A stretch of DNA of 64,000 bases from Methylophilaceae bacterium. GTDB taxonomy: Bacteria > Pseudomonadota > Gammaproteobacteria > Burkholderiales > Methylophilaceae. Each line of letters opens with the position of its first letter. Position 1 is the first letter of the stretch. Positions 47,960 through 58,762 of the stretch are shown piece by piece. The translations under genes were made by a program, and so were the position numbers. The stretch lies in contig RFPI01000001.1 in the NCBI GenBank assembly GCA_009926205.1, positions 328 through 64,327 of the forward strand, written 5' to 3'. Below the pieces are notes generated by a model. That model did no database searches. It had not been told where the DNA came from and worked only from the letters and a program-made list of their open reading frames with translations.

Positions 47960-50200
47960 TTATTGCGCGACGCAATCCACGTAATAAATCGCTTTGCCAT
48001 CCACTATTTCTTTTACCAAGCCATGCACGTCTGTCTCAAAACCGGGGAAGCGTTCGTTGAATTCTCGCGCAAAGCGTAAGTAATTGACGATGATGCTATT
48101 GAAACGCTCACCTGGGATCAACAAAGGAATGCCTGGAGGATAGGGTGTCAGCAGTACAGCGGTAATGCGACCCTCGAGCTCATCAATCGGCACACGATCT
48201 ATCTCGCGATGCGCCATTTTGGAGAAAGCGTCGGTCGGTTTCATTGCCGGTACCATGTTAGACAAATACATTTCCGTGGTGAGACGCGCCACATCGTTAT
48301 TCTTGTATATCTCGTGAATTTGGTTGCACAAGTCTTTTAGGCCAATTAATTCATAGCGTGGATACTTCACGATGAATTCAGGCAGTACTTTCCATAGTGG
48401 CTGATTCTTGTCGTAGTCATCTTTGAATTGCTGTAATGCAGCGACCAAAGTGTTCCAGCGGCCTTTCGTAATGCCTATGGTGAACATAATAAAGAAAGAG
48501 TACAAGCCGGTTTTCTCGACAATCACACCATGCTCAGCCAAGTACTTGGTAACGATGGCGGCTGGGATACCGAATTCATCAGAGAAATCACCATCCACAT
48601 CCAAGCCTGGAGTGATAATGGTGGCCTTGATTGGGTCCAGCATATTAAAGCCTTCGGCAAGATTACCGAAACCATGCCAGCGCTCATTCCCTTTCAGCAT
48701 CCATGCTTCACGCTCTTCAATGCCTTCTTCTGACAAGTCGTTAGGGCCCCACACTTTAAACCACCAATCAGCGCCCCATTCTTCATCGACCTTACGCATC
48801 GCACGTCTAAAGTCCAGGGCCTCCATAATGGATTCTTCCACCAAGGCAGTGCCACCAGGCGCTTCCATCATGGCAGCGGCGACATCGCAACTGGCAATAA
48901 TGGAGTATTGCGGGCTAGTGGAAGTGTGCATCAAATAGGATTCATTAAAGACATCTCGGTCCAACTTAATCTCTTGAGCATCTTGCACCAGAATTTGCGA
49001 GGCTTGGCTCAAGCCAGCCAACAGCTTGTGTGTGGACTGTGTAGAGAACACCATCGATTCTTTACAGCGCGGACGATCCGCGCCGATAGCGTGATAGTCG
49101 CCATAGAAGTCATGGAAAGTGGCATGAGGTAGCCATGCCTCATCGAAATGCAGGGTATCAATTTTGCCGTCCAACATTTCTTTAATTTCTTCTACGTTGT
49201 ATAGCACGCCGTCATAGGTGGATTGGGTAATCGTCAACACACGTGGCTGAGCATTCTTGTCGGTAGCAAATGGGTTGGCAGCAATTTTCTTTTGGATATT
49301 GGCCCACTCAAATTCCTCTTTAGGAATCGGACCAATAATGCCAAAGTGGTTGCGGGTTGGCATCAAAAATACCGGGATGGCACCGGTCATAATAATCGAG
49401 TGCAATACCGATTTATGACAGTTTCTATCCACCACGACGATATCGCCAGGAGCAACGGTAGAGTTCCAGACTATCTTGTTGGAGGTCGATGTCCCGTTGG
49501 TCACGAAAAACAAATGATCACAATTATAAATTCTGGCAGCGTTGCGCTCGGAGGCTGCAACTGGACCGGTATGGTCGAGCAATTGGCCCAACTCGTCGAC
49601 CGCGTTACATACGTCAGCACGCAACATATTCTCACCAAAAAATTGATGGAACATTTGACCGACCGGTGATTTGAGAAAAGCCACACCGCCGGAATGGCCG
49701 GGGCAGTGCCATGAATAAGAGCCATCTGCAGCGTAATGGGTCAGCGCACGGAAGAATGGCGGTGGCAAAGCATCCAAATACGAGCGCGCTTCTCGCACGA
49801 TATAGCGTGCAACAAATTCTGGCGTATCCTCGTTCATATGGATAAAGCCATGCAATTCTCTTAATACGTCGTTAGGAATATGGCGTGAGGTTCTCGTCTC
49901 GCCGTGCAAGAAAATTGGGATATCCTCATTGCGATAACGAATTTCTTCCACAAATTGTCGAATGCTAGCTAGCGCTGCTTCCGACTCGCCCATAAATTCT
50001 TCATCATCGATGGATAGAATAAAGGCAGAGGCGCGACTTTGTTGCTGCGCAAAAGAGGTCAAATCACCATAGCTGGTAATGCCCAGCACCTCCATGCCTT
50101 CATCCTCGATGGCTTTTGCCAGTACTCGGATACCTAGACCCGAGGAATTTTCGGAGCGAAAGTCTTCGTCAATAATGACGACGGGGAATCGGAATTTCAT
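47960..50200 (-). CDS. Orn/Lys/Arg decarboxylase, large biodegradative-type (wing + PLP + C-terminal domains)
   Basis: 746 aa with the PLP-lysine motif STHKLL. The N-terminal response-regulator-like wing domain and the length match AdiA/LdcC/SpeC-type enzymes. Substrate cannot be assigned from sequence by eye. Confidence 0.85.
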   Translation of the reverse strand: MKFRFPVVIIDEDFRSENSSGLGIRVLAKAIEDEGMEVLGITSYGDLTSFAQQQSRASAFILSIDDEEFMGESEAALASIRQFVEEIRYRNEDIPIFLHGETRTSRHIPNDVLRELHGFIHMNEDTPEFVARYIVREARSYLDALPPPFFRALTHYAADGSYSWHCPGHSGGVAFLKSPVGQMFHQFFGENMLRADVCNAVDELGQLLDHTGPVAASERNAARIYNCDHLFFVTNGTSTSNKIVWNSTVAPGDIVVVDRNCHKSVLHSIIMTGAIPVFLMPTRNHFGIIGPIPKEEFEWANIQKKIAANPFATDKNAQPRVLTITQSTYDGVLYNVEEIKEMLDGKIDTLHFDEAWLPHATFHDFYGDYHAIGADRPRCKESMVFSTQSTHKLLAGLSQASQILVQDAQEIKLDRDVFNESYLMHTSTSPQYSIIASCDVAAAMMEAPGGTALVEESIMEALDFRRAMRKVDEEWGADWWFKVWGPNDLSEEGIEEREAWMLKGNERWHGFGNLAEGFNMLDPIKATIITPGLDVDGDFSDEFGIPAAIVTKYLAEHGVIVEKTGLYSFFIMFTIGITKGRWNTLVAALQQFKDDYDKNQPLWKVLPEFIVKYPRYELIGLKDLCNQIHEIYKNNDVARLTTEMYLSNMVPAMKPTDAFSKMAHREIDRVPIDELEGRITAVLLTPYPPGIPLLIPGERFNSIIVNYLRFAREFNERFPGFETDVHGLVKEIVDGKAIYYVDCVAQ

Positions 50201-50227
50201 GGGCTTACCTTTCGCTAAATTCGGTCA

Positions 50228-50803
50228 CTAGATTTTGGGCAGGGTGACGCCAACCTGCCCCTGATATTTACCGCCACGATCTTTGTAGCTGGTCTCACAG
50301 ATATCGTCTGCATCTGCTTCAAAGAACAATACCTGTGCGCAACCTTCATTGGCATAAATTTTGGCTGGCAAGGGTGTGGTGTTGCTGAATTCAAGCGTGA
50401 CATAACCTTCCCACTCTGGCTCGAAAGGGGTCACATTGACGATAATGCCGCAACGCGCATAGGTCGATTTGCCCAAGCAGACTGTCAGCACATTTCTTGG
50501 AATGCGGAAATATTCAACGGTACGCGCTAAAGCAAAAGAGTTGGGAGGAATAATGCAGTAATCGGCATTCACTTCAACAAAGGAATTGGGGTCGAAGTTT
50601 TTAGGGTCGACGATTGTGCTATTCAAGTTGGTGAATAATTTAAACTCACTGGAGCAACGAATATCGTAGCCATAGCTTGAGGTACCGTAAGAGACCAAGC
50701 GTTGACCTTCGCTATTGATCTTCACTTGATTGGGCTCAAACGGCTCTATCATGCCATGCTGTTCCGCCATACGGCGTATCCATTTATCCGATTTAATGCT
50801 CAT
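50228..50803 (-). CDS. dcd: dCTP deaminase
   Basis: From ATG 50803 ([13 protein letters not shown]) it is colinear with Dcd (SYGYD.R). The length of about 191 aa is typical. The longer TTG start is rejected. Confidence 0.92.
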   Translation of the reverse strand: MSIKSDKWIRRMAEQHGMIEPFEPNQVKINSEGQRLVSYGTSSYGYDIRCSSEFKLFTNLNSTIVDPKNFDPNSFVEVNADYCIIPPNSFALARTVEYFRIPRNVLTVCLGKSTYARCGIIVNVTPFEPEWEGYVTLEFSNTTPLPAKIYANEGCAQVLFFEADADDICETSYKDRGGKYQGQVGVTLPKI

Positions 50804-50854
50804 ATTCCGTCCCTGTTTGCTGGTTATCGTTGTCAAATATCGCGATGTGTAAGA

Positions 50855-52360
50855 TTAAAATTTGTCGCCGCCTAGCTCAATACTATAGCGCCAGAACTGA
50901 TCTTGACCCTCAAAAATGACTTTTGATTCTAGCGGGTCACGGCTGCCTGCAGGGTATTGATGCACTGGAGTGTCATCTTTGGCCCATGCTTCGACGATAG
51001 GGTCTACCAAACGCCATTGTGCCAACACTTCGTCAATATGCAGATACTGTGAAGGATCACCTTCCATCAAGTTCAATAGCAGCGTCTCATAAGAGTCTAT
51101 GCTTTCATCGCCTTGTTGACGTTGCGGTGCGTCAATGCTCAGTGTGCGTGTGGCAATATCTAAGCCAGGAATCTTGGATTGCACTTCCATCTTGATACAT
51201 TCGCGTGGCTGAATATTAATAATTAGCCAGTTCTGTTGCTGCTGGCCATTCAGTTCAATCGGCGATTTTTTGAAGCGTATCGCAATGGCGGTATTGCCTT
51301 CGTGCATACGTTTGGCGGTGCGAACATAGAAAGGCACGCCTTTCCAACGCTCATTATCGACAAACAGTTTCACCGCTGCATAGGTCTCGGTTTTACTGCT
51401 ATCGACACCGTCACGTTTAAGTTCTTCCAAATAGCTCAATACCTTTTCGCTATGACCGTCGCCAACATCCACGCGACCGCCAGCATATTGGGCACGGAAT
51501 ACATTTTTATGCAGGTGATTGACATCTACTGGGCGTATCGATTTGAGCAGATTAATCTTTTCAGCACGTATGCTTTCAGGGGTGAAATCTTTAGGCTTTT
51601 CCATCGCTACTAAAGCCATGGTCTGCAATAGGTGACTTTGGAACATATCACGCAAGGCGCCCGTGGCATTGTAGAAAGTGGTGCGGTCACCAACACCCAA
51701 AGTTTCATTATTGGTAATTTGAACGTGGTCGATATGGTGATGATTCCATAGCGGCTCGAACACGGCATTGGTAAAACGCGTCAACATAATATTTTGAATC
51801 GCAGATTTACCGAGGTAATGGTCGATACGATAGATTTGGCTCTCTTTCAGGTACTTGGTCAATTCTGCTTGCAATGCTTGTGCTGTTTGCAAGTTGGTAC
51901 CGAATGGTTTTTCAATCAGCACGCGGCGCCAATATTTGCTCTCATCGGTCAGGCCAACTTGATGCAGTTGTTGCACGATGGTGGCGAAATCGGTGGGGCG
52001 TACAGAAAGGAAGTAGGCCAAATTCTGCGGGAAAACTTTTTCATCGCTGAGCGCGTTTTTTAATTTGCTAAACGCATCTGGGTCAGTCGGTGGGTTGGCA
52101 TGATAGAAGTTACGCGCGATAAAGCGTTGATAGACTTCTTGGTCATAGCCATTTTTAAATTTCGCGTCTAGCATGCCTTTGATTTCAGCTTGCCAAGCCT
52201 CGCGACTCATTTCGCCACGCCCAATAGATAGAATTTTCATCTCAGCAGGGAAGCGGCCAGCCGCATCCAAACGGAATAGGCCGGGGATTAATTTGATGCG
52301 CGACAGATTGCCGCTAGCGCCAAACAACACAAAGGTACATGGATTAACTTGTTTGCTCAT
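50855..52360 (-). CDS. zwf: Glucose-6-phosphate 1-dehydrogenase
   Basis: FVLFGASGNLS and the active-site RIDHYLGK, 501 aa. Confidence 0.95.
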   Translation of the reverse strand: MSKQVNPCTFVLFGASGNLSRIKLIPGLFRLDAAGRFPAEMKILSIGRGEMSREAWQAEIKGMLDAKFKNGYDQEVYQRFIARNFYHANPPTDPDAFSKLKNALSDEKVFPQNLAYFLSVRPTDFATIVQQLHQVGLTDESKYWRRVLIEKPFGTNLQTAQALQAELTKYLKESQIYRIDHYLGKSAIQNIMLTRFTNAVFEPLWNHHHIDHVQITNNETLGVGDRTTFYNATGALRDMFQSHLLQTMALVAMEKPKDFTPESIRAEKINLLKSIRPVDVNHLHKNVFRAQYAGGRVDVGDGHSEKVLSYLEELKRDGVDSSKTETYAAVKLFVDNERWKGVPFYVRTAKRMHEGNTAIAIRFKKSPIELNGQQQQNWLIINIQPRECIKMEVQSKIPGLDIATRTLSIDAPQRQQGDESIDSYETLLLNLMEGDPSQYLHIDEVLAQWRLVDPIVEAWAKDDTPVHQYPAGSRDPLESKVIFEGQDQFWRYSIELGGDKF

Positions 52361-52418
52361 GAATAATTTCTCACCGTATTCGTCAGGGGACTGTCAGGAT
52401 AAAGACAGGCTTGATTGC

Positions 52419-53345
52419 TTATTTATCATGCACAGATTTGACGTAGTGTCCGCCAAAACCGTTGCGCATCATGGATAGCAATTTATAGCTATAACCAGTG
52501 GCATCCTGACTTCTGAAACGTGCTTGTAAGGCCAAGGTTAAAACGGGAGCGGCTACACCTTGCTCAACTGATTCCATCACCGTCCAACGACCTTCACCAG
52601 AATCCGCCACATAAGGGGCGATATCTTTCAGCTCTTGGTCAGACTTCAAAGCGTCAGCGGTTAAGTCCAACAACCAACTTCTTACCACTGAGCCATGGCG
52701 CCATAATTCAGTGACTTGAGCCAAGTCCAAATTGAATTCTTCTTTACCTTTGAGCAAGTCCAGACCTTCTGCCATCGCTTGCATCATGCCGTACTCAATC
52801 CCGTTATGGATCATCTTGGTAAAGTGACCTGCGCCGATTGGGCCTACATGTGCCCAGCCGTTTTCTTTGCTTGGTGCCAATGCAATGAGTATGGGCTCCA
52901 TGGTTTTGGCAACGGCTGGTGTTGCACCCACCATCAAGCAGTAGCCATTTTGCAGACCCCAAACACCACCAGAGGTGCCGCAATCCATATAACCGATACC
53001 ACGCTCAGCCAACCAAGCGCCTCGGCGTTGGCTATCTTTGTAATTGGAGTTACCGCCGTCGACGATAATGTCGCCCTTGGACAGCATAGGGGCTAAATCT
53101 TGAATCTGAATTTCTGTGGGAGAGCCACTGGGTAGCATCAACCAAACAATTCTAGGTTCTTTGCCATCTCCAAGTTTGCTGACTGCATCCGGCACAGAAG
53201 TCGCGGCAATCATGCCCTCTTTCTCTGCTAATTGGTTGACCACATCATTGCTGCGGTCAAAACCAACCACTTGAATACCTGCACGAAGCAAACGAGTGGT
53301 CATGTTGCCGCCCATTTTGCCTAAACCTATCATTGCTAATTTCAT
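52419..53345 (-). CDS. gnd: 6-phosphogluconate dehydrogenase, decarboxylating, short (about 300 aa) type
   Basis: 308 aa with MIGLGKMGGNM (Rossmann), GGNS.Y.DS and MDCGTSGG. Confidence 0.88.
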   Translation of the reverse strand: MKLAMIGLGKMGGNMTTRLLRAGIQVVGFDRSNDVVNQLAEKEGMIAATSVPDAVSKLGDGKEPRIVWLMLPSGSPTEIQIQDLAPMLSKGDIIVDGGNSNYKDSQRRGAWLAERGIGYMDCGTSGGVWGLQNGYCLMVGATPAVAKTMEPILIALAPSKENGWAHVGPIGAGHFTKMIHNGIEYGMMQAMAEGLDLLKGKEEFNLDLAQVTELWRHGSVVRSWLLDLTADALKSDQELKDIAPYVADSGEGRWTVMESVEQGVAAPVLTLALQARFRSQDATGYSYKLLSMMRNGFGGHYVKSVHDK

Positions 53346-53497
53346 TGAATTTTCCTTACTTTAAAGAATGGGAGAGCTCATTTTTGTTGAGATCCCTATA
53401 GAAGACCATCGCGCTTTTGGGTAAGATGGCGAGCTTTTAAAATTTTAACGCTGTTGAAAAACCAGCATTATATCGTGAATCAGTAAGGCTTTGCAGT

Positions 53498-54208
53498 ATG
53501 CTAGAGACACAACACACCATGACAAAACAAATTTCCCGTTGGCAGCTTTTTGATAGTCAAGCAGCCATTAATCAAGCCACCGTCCAGCAAATTTTGCGTT
53601 TGGCAGATGAGGCTATACAGGCACGAGGCGCTTTCCGCATAGTATTGGCGGGGGGCTCTACGCCAAAAAGCGTTTACGCCATGTTAAAAGATGTGCAAGC
53701 GGATTGGTCAAATTGGCATATTTATCACAATGATGATCGTTGTTTACCGGTCGATCATGAAGAGCGTAATAGCTTGATGGCGCGGCAAACCTGGTTGAAT
53801 CATGTGCCCATTCCTGCCGATCAAATTCATGATATTCCTGCCGAGCTAGGCAATATCCAGGGTGCTAAAGCCTATGCACACACTTTGGCGGGAGTGCCTA
53901 GTTTTGACTTGGTTCTGCTTGGTTTGGGTGAGGACGCGCACACGGCCAGTCTATTCCCCGGACATGCCGTGGATAACTCTGCTGATGCGGTGCCAGTATT
54001 TGATGCACCCAAGCCACCACCAGAGCGTATTACGATGAGCCAACAGCGTTTAAGCAATACGCGACAGGTCATCTTTTTGGTGACTGGCGCGGGCAAGCAA
54101 CAAGCGGTCAATGATTGGCGTGCTGGCAAACCAGTGCCAGCGGCACTGATTACACCAGCTAATGGGGTAGACGTGTATTGCTTTGGGGTAACACTCAACG
54201 CAGCTTAA
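53498..54208 (+). CDS. pgl: 6-phosphogluconolactonase
   Basis: LAGGSTP, DDR.LP..H..RN and LLGLGEDAHTASLFPG. It is divergent from gnd-zwf. The alternative start is ATG 53519. Confidence 0.9.
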   Translation: MLETQHTMTKQISRWQLFDSQAAINQATVQQILRLADEAIQARGAFRIVLAGGSTPKSVYAMLKDVQADWSNWHIYHNDDRCLPVDHEERNSLMARQTWLNHVPIPADQIHDIPAELGNIQGAKAYAHTLAGVPSFDLVLLGLGEDAHTASLFPGHAVDNSADAVPVFDAPKPPPERITMSQQRLSNTRQVIFLVTGAGKQQAVNDWRAGKPVPAALITPANGVDVYCFGVTLNAA

Positions 54209-54218
54209 AGGCCTATGC

Positions 54219-55307
54219 TTAGGTGTTTTGAATCACGATATTAGGAAATTTACTTGAGTGATCCAAAGCCAACTTAGCAATTTTAGCCGCGCATTTTCGT
54301 GCGATTTGCTGGTAAGTTTTAGCAATCGCACTGTCAGGATTGGCAACTACAGTCGGTTTGCCACCATCGGATTGCTCTCGAATATCAATATGCAGAGGCA
54401 GTGAGCCTAGCAGTTCAACATCGTAATCCTTGGCCATTAGTTCACCACCGCCAGCGCCAAAGATGTGTTCTTCATGGCCACACTTAGAGCAAATATGTGT
54501 GCTCATATTCTCTACGATACCCAAGATGGGAATACCCACCTTCTCAAACATCTTGAGCCCCTTGCGTGCATCTAATAAAGCAATATCTTGTGGTGTCGTG
54601 ACGATGACAGCACCGGTGACTGGTACTTTTTGCGATAAGGTAAGTTGAATGTCGCCTGTGCCAGGGGGCAAGTCCACAATCAAATAATCCACCTCTTTCC
54701 AGCGCGTATCCCGTAATAGTTGCTCTAAAGCTCCGGTCACCATTGGGCCACGCCACACCATAGGGGTATCCACATCCACCAAAAAGCCTATGGACATAGC
54801 TTGTATACCATGGGCTTGCATGGGCTCTATGCTTTTGCCGTCTGTGCTATCTGGGCGACCTTGTATCCCCAACATCTGAGGTTGGCTAGGACCATAGATA
54901 TCGGCATCTAAAATCCCCACCGTAGCCCCTTCTTGAGCGAGGGCGAGCGCAAGATTCACGGCAGTGGTCGATTTACCTACCCCGCCTTTGCCAGATGCGA
55001 CAGCAATGATATTTTTTACATTAGGAATTAAGGCGACACCGCGTTGGGCTTGATGCGCTTCAATACGACTGCCAATATTCACTGTGACTTGGCCGATTTG
55101 CGGCAATTGTTGTAAATGCTTCTGCACTTGCTGGCGGACATCTTCCATCACAGTGTTGGCAGGATAGCTCAGCACAATATCTAAACTGACATCGTTGCCT
55201 TGGATTTGGATATTCTTCGCACTCTTGCTAGAAATAAAGTCCTGACCTGTATTTTGGTCAATTAATTGGCTTAGTGCCTGGCGAATATCGGCTTCTGTCA
55301 TGCTCAT
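54219..55307 (-). CDS. apbC: Fe-S cluster carrier ATPase ApbC/Mrp
   Basis: It has an N-terminal DUF59-like domain, the deviant Walker A (ASGKGGVGKST) and the CxxC motif (CSKCGH). Confidence 0.93.
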   Translation of the reverse strand: MSMTEADIRQALSQLIDQNTGQDFISSKSAKNIQIQGNDVSLDIVLSYPANTVMEDVRQQVQKHLQQLPQIGQVTVNIGSRIEAHQAQRGVALIPNVKNIIAVASGKGGVGKSTTAVNLALALAQEGATVGILDADIYGPSQPQMLGIQGRPDSTDGKSIEPMQAHGIQAMSIGFLVDVDTPMVWRGPMVTGALEQLLRDTRWKEVDYLIVDLPPGTGDIQLTLSQKVPVTGAVIVTTPQDIALLDARKGLKMFEKVGIPILGIVENMSTHICSKCGHEEHIFGAGGGELMAKDYDVELLGSLPLHIDIREQSDGGKPTVVANPDSAIAKTYQQIARKCAAKIAKLALDHSSKFPNIVIQNT

Positions 55308-55438
55308 CTACTTCCTCTTACATCATAATGGTTGACTAAAAAATTAAGGTAATTTTAGCTGATGTTATTCGTTTAATGTGAATCATGTCGGCATTTGTTA
55401 AAATAGCGCCCTTTATCAACTCAAGACTCTGACTCTGT

Positions 55439-57490
55439 ATGACGCGTAAAATTCTAGTAACTTCTGCTTTACCTTATGCCAACGGCAGTATTCACCTTGG
55501 GCATTTGGTGGAATACATACAGACCGACATCTGGGTGAGATTTCTCAAAATGCAGGGACATCAAGTGCATTATGTCTGTGCAGACGATACCCATGGCACG
55601 CCTATCATGTTGCGTGCTGAGAAAGAGGGCATCACGCCTGAAGCGCTGATTGAAAAAGTGCATGCAGAGCATAGTCAAGATTTCGCTGACTTCTTGGTAG
55701 AGTTCGATAACTATTATTCGACCAATTCCGAAGAGAACCGTCAGTTGGCCAGCCAAATCTATTTGGCTTTGCGTGATAACGGCAAAATTGTAAGCAAGAC
55801 CATAGAACAGTTCTATGACCCAGCAAAACAAATGTTTTTGCCAGACCGATTTATTAAAGGCGAGTGCCCCAAGTGCCATGCCAAAGACCAATACGGTGAT
55901 TCATGCGAAGCATGTGGCGCTACCTATAATCCCACCGAACTGATTAATCCATATTCTGCTGTCTCAGGCGCTGCGCCTGTGCGCAAACAAACCGAGCATT
56001 TTTTCTTTAAATTGTCGGATTGTGCTGATTTCTTAAGGGATTGGACGCGCAAAGGCTCATTGCAAAACGAAGCGGCCAATAAGATGCATGAGTGGCTTGG
56101 CGATGCTGGTGAGAACAAATTATCTGATTGGGATATTTCGCGTGATGCACCTTATTTTGGTTTTGAGATTCCAGATGCGCCGGGTAAATATTTCTATGTT
56201 TGGCTAGATGCGCCTATAGGCTATATGGCTAGTTTCAAGAATCTATGCACACGTTTGGGTTTAGATTTTGATGCGTATTGGGGTCAACACAGTGAGGCAG
56301 AGCTGTATCACTTTATCGGCAAAGATATTCTGTACTTCCATGCCTTGTTTTGGCCGGCGATGTTGCAATACGCTGGATATCGCACACCTAGCCAAGTGTT
56401 CGCCCACGGATTTTTGACGGTGAATGGTGAGAAGATGTCTAAATCACGTGGCACTTTCGTCAATGCGCGCAGCTATCTCGAGCATGTAAAAAATCCAGAG
56501 TATTTGCGTTATTACTATGCCGCTAAACTCAACGGCAGTATGGAAGACATCGATTTGAATTTGGACGATTTTGTCGCGCGTGTAAATAGTGATTTGGTCG
56601 GCAAGTACATCAATATCGCCAGTCGTACAGCGGGATTTATCCATAAACGCTTTGACGGAAAATTGCTCGGCATGTCGCAACACCCTGTGGTCAATAGCCT
56701 GCGCCAAACTGCACAAGATATCGCGAATGCCTATGAGCAACGTGATTTCAGTCGCGCTTTACGCGAGATTATGCGTTTGGCGGATGTTGCCAACGCTTTC
56801 GTAGCTGAAGCTGAGCCTTGGGTAGTGGCAAAACAAGAGGGCGATGTTGCAGCGCGCAAGCTGCATGAGGATTGCTCGGCAGCCCTAGAGATGTTCCGTA
56901 TTCTGACGCTTTATTTAAAGCCCGCTTTGCCTAAGTTGACAGCGCAAATTGAACAGTTCTTGAATATTCCTGCCATGCAGTGGGCAGATATCGCCAATAG
57001 CATGCCGGATGGCCACCCGATTCAAGAATATCAACATTTAATCACTCGTATTGATGCAAAGCAGATAGAAGCCATGATAGAAGCCAATAAACAAAATTTA
57101 GCTCCAGAAGCAGCTGCGCCTGCGCCAGCGGCCGCGCAAAAAAATCCAAGTACAGAGGCGGACTACCTCTCCATTGATGATTTTTCCAAAGTGGATTTGC
57201 GCATTGCAAAGATAGTCAGTGCTGAGCATGTAGAGGGCGCTGAAAAATTACTCAAATTGTCCTTGGATATTGGTGAAGCCACACCTCGTCAAGTATTTGC
57301 TGGGATTAAGTCTGCCTACGATCCAGCCACTTTGGTGGGTCGTTTGACTGTGATGGTGGCCAATCTAGCACCGCGCAAAATGAAATTTGGGATGAGTGAA
57401 GGGATGGTATTGGCCGCCAGTGATGAGCAGGGTGGCCCATTCATTCTGTCGCCGGATGCAGGTGCTCAGCCAGGGATGCGGGTGAAATAA
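55439..57490 (+). CDS. metG: Methionine--tRNA ligase
   Basis: HIGH-type motif (HLGH), the Zn knuckles CPKC...C.ACG, KMSKS and a C-terminal tRNA-binding (EMAP-like) domain. Confidence 0.97.
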   Translation: MTRKILVTSALPYANGSIHLGHLVEYIQTDIWVRFLKMQGHQVHYVCADDTHGTPIMLRAEKEGITPEALIEKVHAEHSQDFADFLVEFDNYYSTNSEENRQLASQIYLALRDNGKIVSKTIEQFYDPAKQMFLPDRFIKGECPKCHAKDQYGDSCEACGATYNPTELINPYSAVSGAAPVRKQTEHFFFKLSDCADFLRDWTRKGSLQNEAANKMHEWLGDAGENKLSDWDISRDAPYFGFEIPDAPGKYFYVWLDAPIGYMASFKNLCTRLGLDFDAYWGQHSEAELYHFIGKDILYFHALFWPAMLQYAGYRTPSQVFAHGFLTVNGEKMSKSRGTFVNARSYLEHVKNPEYLRYYYAAKLNGSMEDIDLNLDDFVARVNSDLVGKYINIASRTAGFIHKRFDGKLLGMSQHPVVNSLRQTAQDIANAYEQRDFSRALREIMRLADVANAFVAEAEPWVVAKQEGDVAARKLHEDCSAALEMFRILTLYLKPALPKLTAQIEQFLNIPAMQWADIANSMPDGHPIQEYQHLITRIDAKQIEAMIEANKQNLAPEAAAPAPAAAQKNPSTEADYLSIDDFSKVDLRIAKIVSAEHVEGAEKLLKLSLDIGEATPRQVFAGIKSAYDPATLVGRLTVMVANLAPRKMKFGMSEGMVLAASDEQGGPFILSPDAGAQPGMRVK

Positions 57491-57497
57491 AAAAAAG

Positions 57498-57537
57498 TGC
57501 TGTTCTAGCAGACAGATAGCCAACTACTAGAACAGCA
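57498..57537 (-). terminator. Rho-independent terminator after comEA (stem also closes the metG transcript)
   Basis: TGCTGTTCTAG ... CTAGAACAGCA is an 11-bp stem with an 18-nt loop. On the minus strand it is followed by a T run (the complement of the A run at 57488-57496). Confidence 0.6.
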
Positions 57538-57567
57538 AAAAAATCGAAAAGGGAGAAGGATTGCGGT

Positions 57568-57891
57568 CTACTTCTTCTTACCTGACGCTGCGCTGCTAGA
57601 AGGAGTAGTCGGCGCTGGTGATGCTGGTGCCGCTGTGCCTCCAGTCACTGTCAACTCTGGGCGCAGTTTAGCCATCGTTTTGTCGCCAATGCCGGGGACA
57701 TTATTCAAATCGTCTACCGTCTTAAAATTTCCATTCTTCTTGCGGTATTCCACAATCGCCTCAGCTTTCGCCGGCCCGATTCCGTTGAGTGATTCTAATT
57801 GCTCTGCCGTGGCCGTATTAATATTGACCACGGCTTGCGCGTTAAAACTCCATGCTAAAAGCAGTAATGCTGTGTAAATCATTTTTTTCAT
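57568..57891 (-). CDS. comEA: ComEA-family helix-hairpin-helix DNA-binding protein (periplasmic)
   Basis: It has a signal peptide and HhH motifs (VNINTATAEQLESLNGIGPAKAEAIVEYR, L..V.GIG.KT). The length is 107 aa. Confidence 0.85.
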   Translation of the reverse strand: MKKMIYTALLLLAWSFNAQAVVNINTATAEQLESLNGIGPAKAEAIVEYRKKNGNFKTVDDLNNVPGIGDKTMAKLRPELTVTGGTAAPASPAPTTPSSSAASGKKK

Positions 57892-58048
57892 AGCTGACTC
57901 CTTGTATCAATGAAATGAGAAAAGTGCACTTAAGTACACGCTTAGAGTCTATGAGGAGTTTTTTGGGAAGTAAATAAAATACAATTAAAACAATTAGTTA
58001 TATTGATTTAATTGATAAATATGACCAACAAAATTGGCGCTGATAATT

Positions 58049-58762
58049 CTATGGGGATGTTATAGATTTAATAATTTGCTCTAAGGCCTGCAATGGATTG
58101 GCTGCCTGAGTAATGGGCCGGCCGATGACTAAATAACTTGCACCCAAAGAGAGCGCTTGCGTCGGTGTGACGATGCGGGTTTGATCATCTTTGGCTGCGT
58201 CGGCTGGACGTATGCCTGGCGTCACCAAACAAAAATCTGGGCCACAGGCCGCTCGTAACATACTGGCCTCTTGCGCTGAACAAACTACGCCGTCAAGACC
58301 GGCTTGTTGAGTGAGTAAGGCTAGGCGTTTAACATGATCTAATAAGGTACCTTGAACCCCAACTTGCGCTAATTCTGCCTCCGCCATGCTGGTCAGCACG
58401 GTGACCGCTATTAATAAGGGATCGTGACCTGACTTGTTGACCCCTTCACGCGCCGCTTGCATCATGGCAAGGCCGCCACTGGCATGCACATTCAGCATCC
58501 ACACGCCCAGGCGACTAGCAGCTTCACAGGCTTTGGCGACAGTATTGGGAATGTCATGAAACTTCAGGTCTAGAAATACTGAAAAATCACGCTTAACTAA
58601 TTGCTCTATTAGTTGCGGTCCTGCGGCGGTGAATAATTCTTTGCCTACTTTGACACGACATAGCTTGGGGTCAATTTGTTGGACAAACGCTAGCGCTGGT
58701 TTTGCATCGGCAAAGTCCAGGGCGATGACAATTTTTGCATCTTGGGCATTAGCTAGGCGCAT
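58049..58762 (-). CDS. pyrF: Orotidine 5'-phosphate decarboxylase
   Basis: [25 protein letters not shown] and the C-terminal VIGRPIT. Confidence 0.95.
   Translation of the reverse strand: MRLANAQDAKIVIALDFADAKPALAFVQQIDPKLCRVKVGKELFTAAGPQLIEQLVKRDFSVFLDLKFHDIPNTVAKACEAASRLGVWMLNVHASGGLAMMQAAREGVNKSGHDPLLIAVTVLTSMAEAELAQVGVQGTLLDHVKRLALLTQQAGLDGVVCSAQEASMLRAACGPDFCLVTPGIRPADAAKDDQTRIVTPTQALSLGASYLVIGRPITQAANPLQALEQIIKSITSP

Noticed and set aside
48423-49669. Plus-strand ORFs of 171, 74, 148 and 61 aa inside the decarboxylase gene.
   Set aside because: They are antisense to a 746-aa gene with clear homology, have low-complexity Ser/Pro/Arg-rich translations, and are shadow ORFs.
53437-53448. 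12-bp perfect palindrome TTAAAATTTTAA in the gnd/pgl divergent spacer, considered as a possible HexR-type operator.
   Set aside because: It is composed only of A/T and does not resemble the HexR consensus (TGTA-N-TACA type). The chance of it occurring randomly in AT-rich DNA is high.
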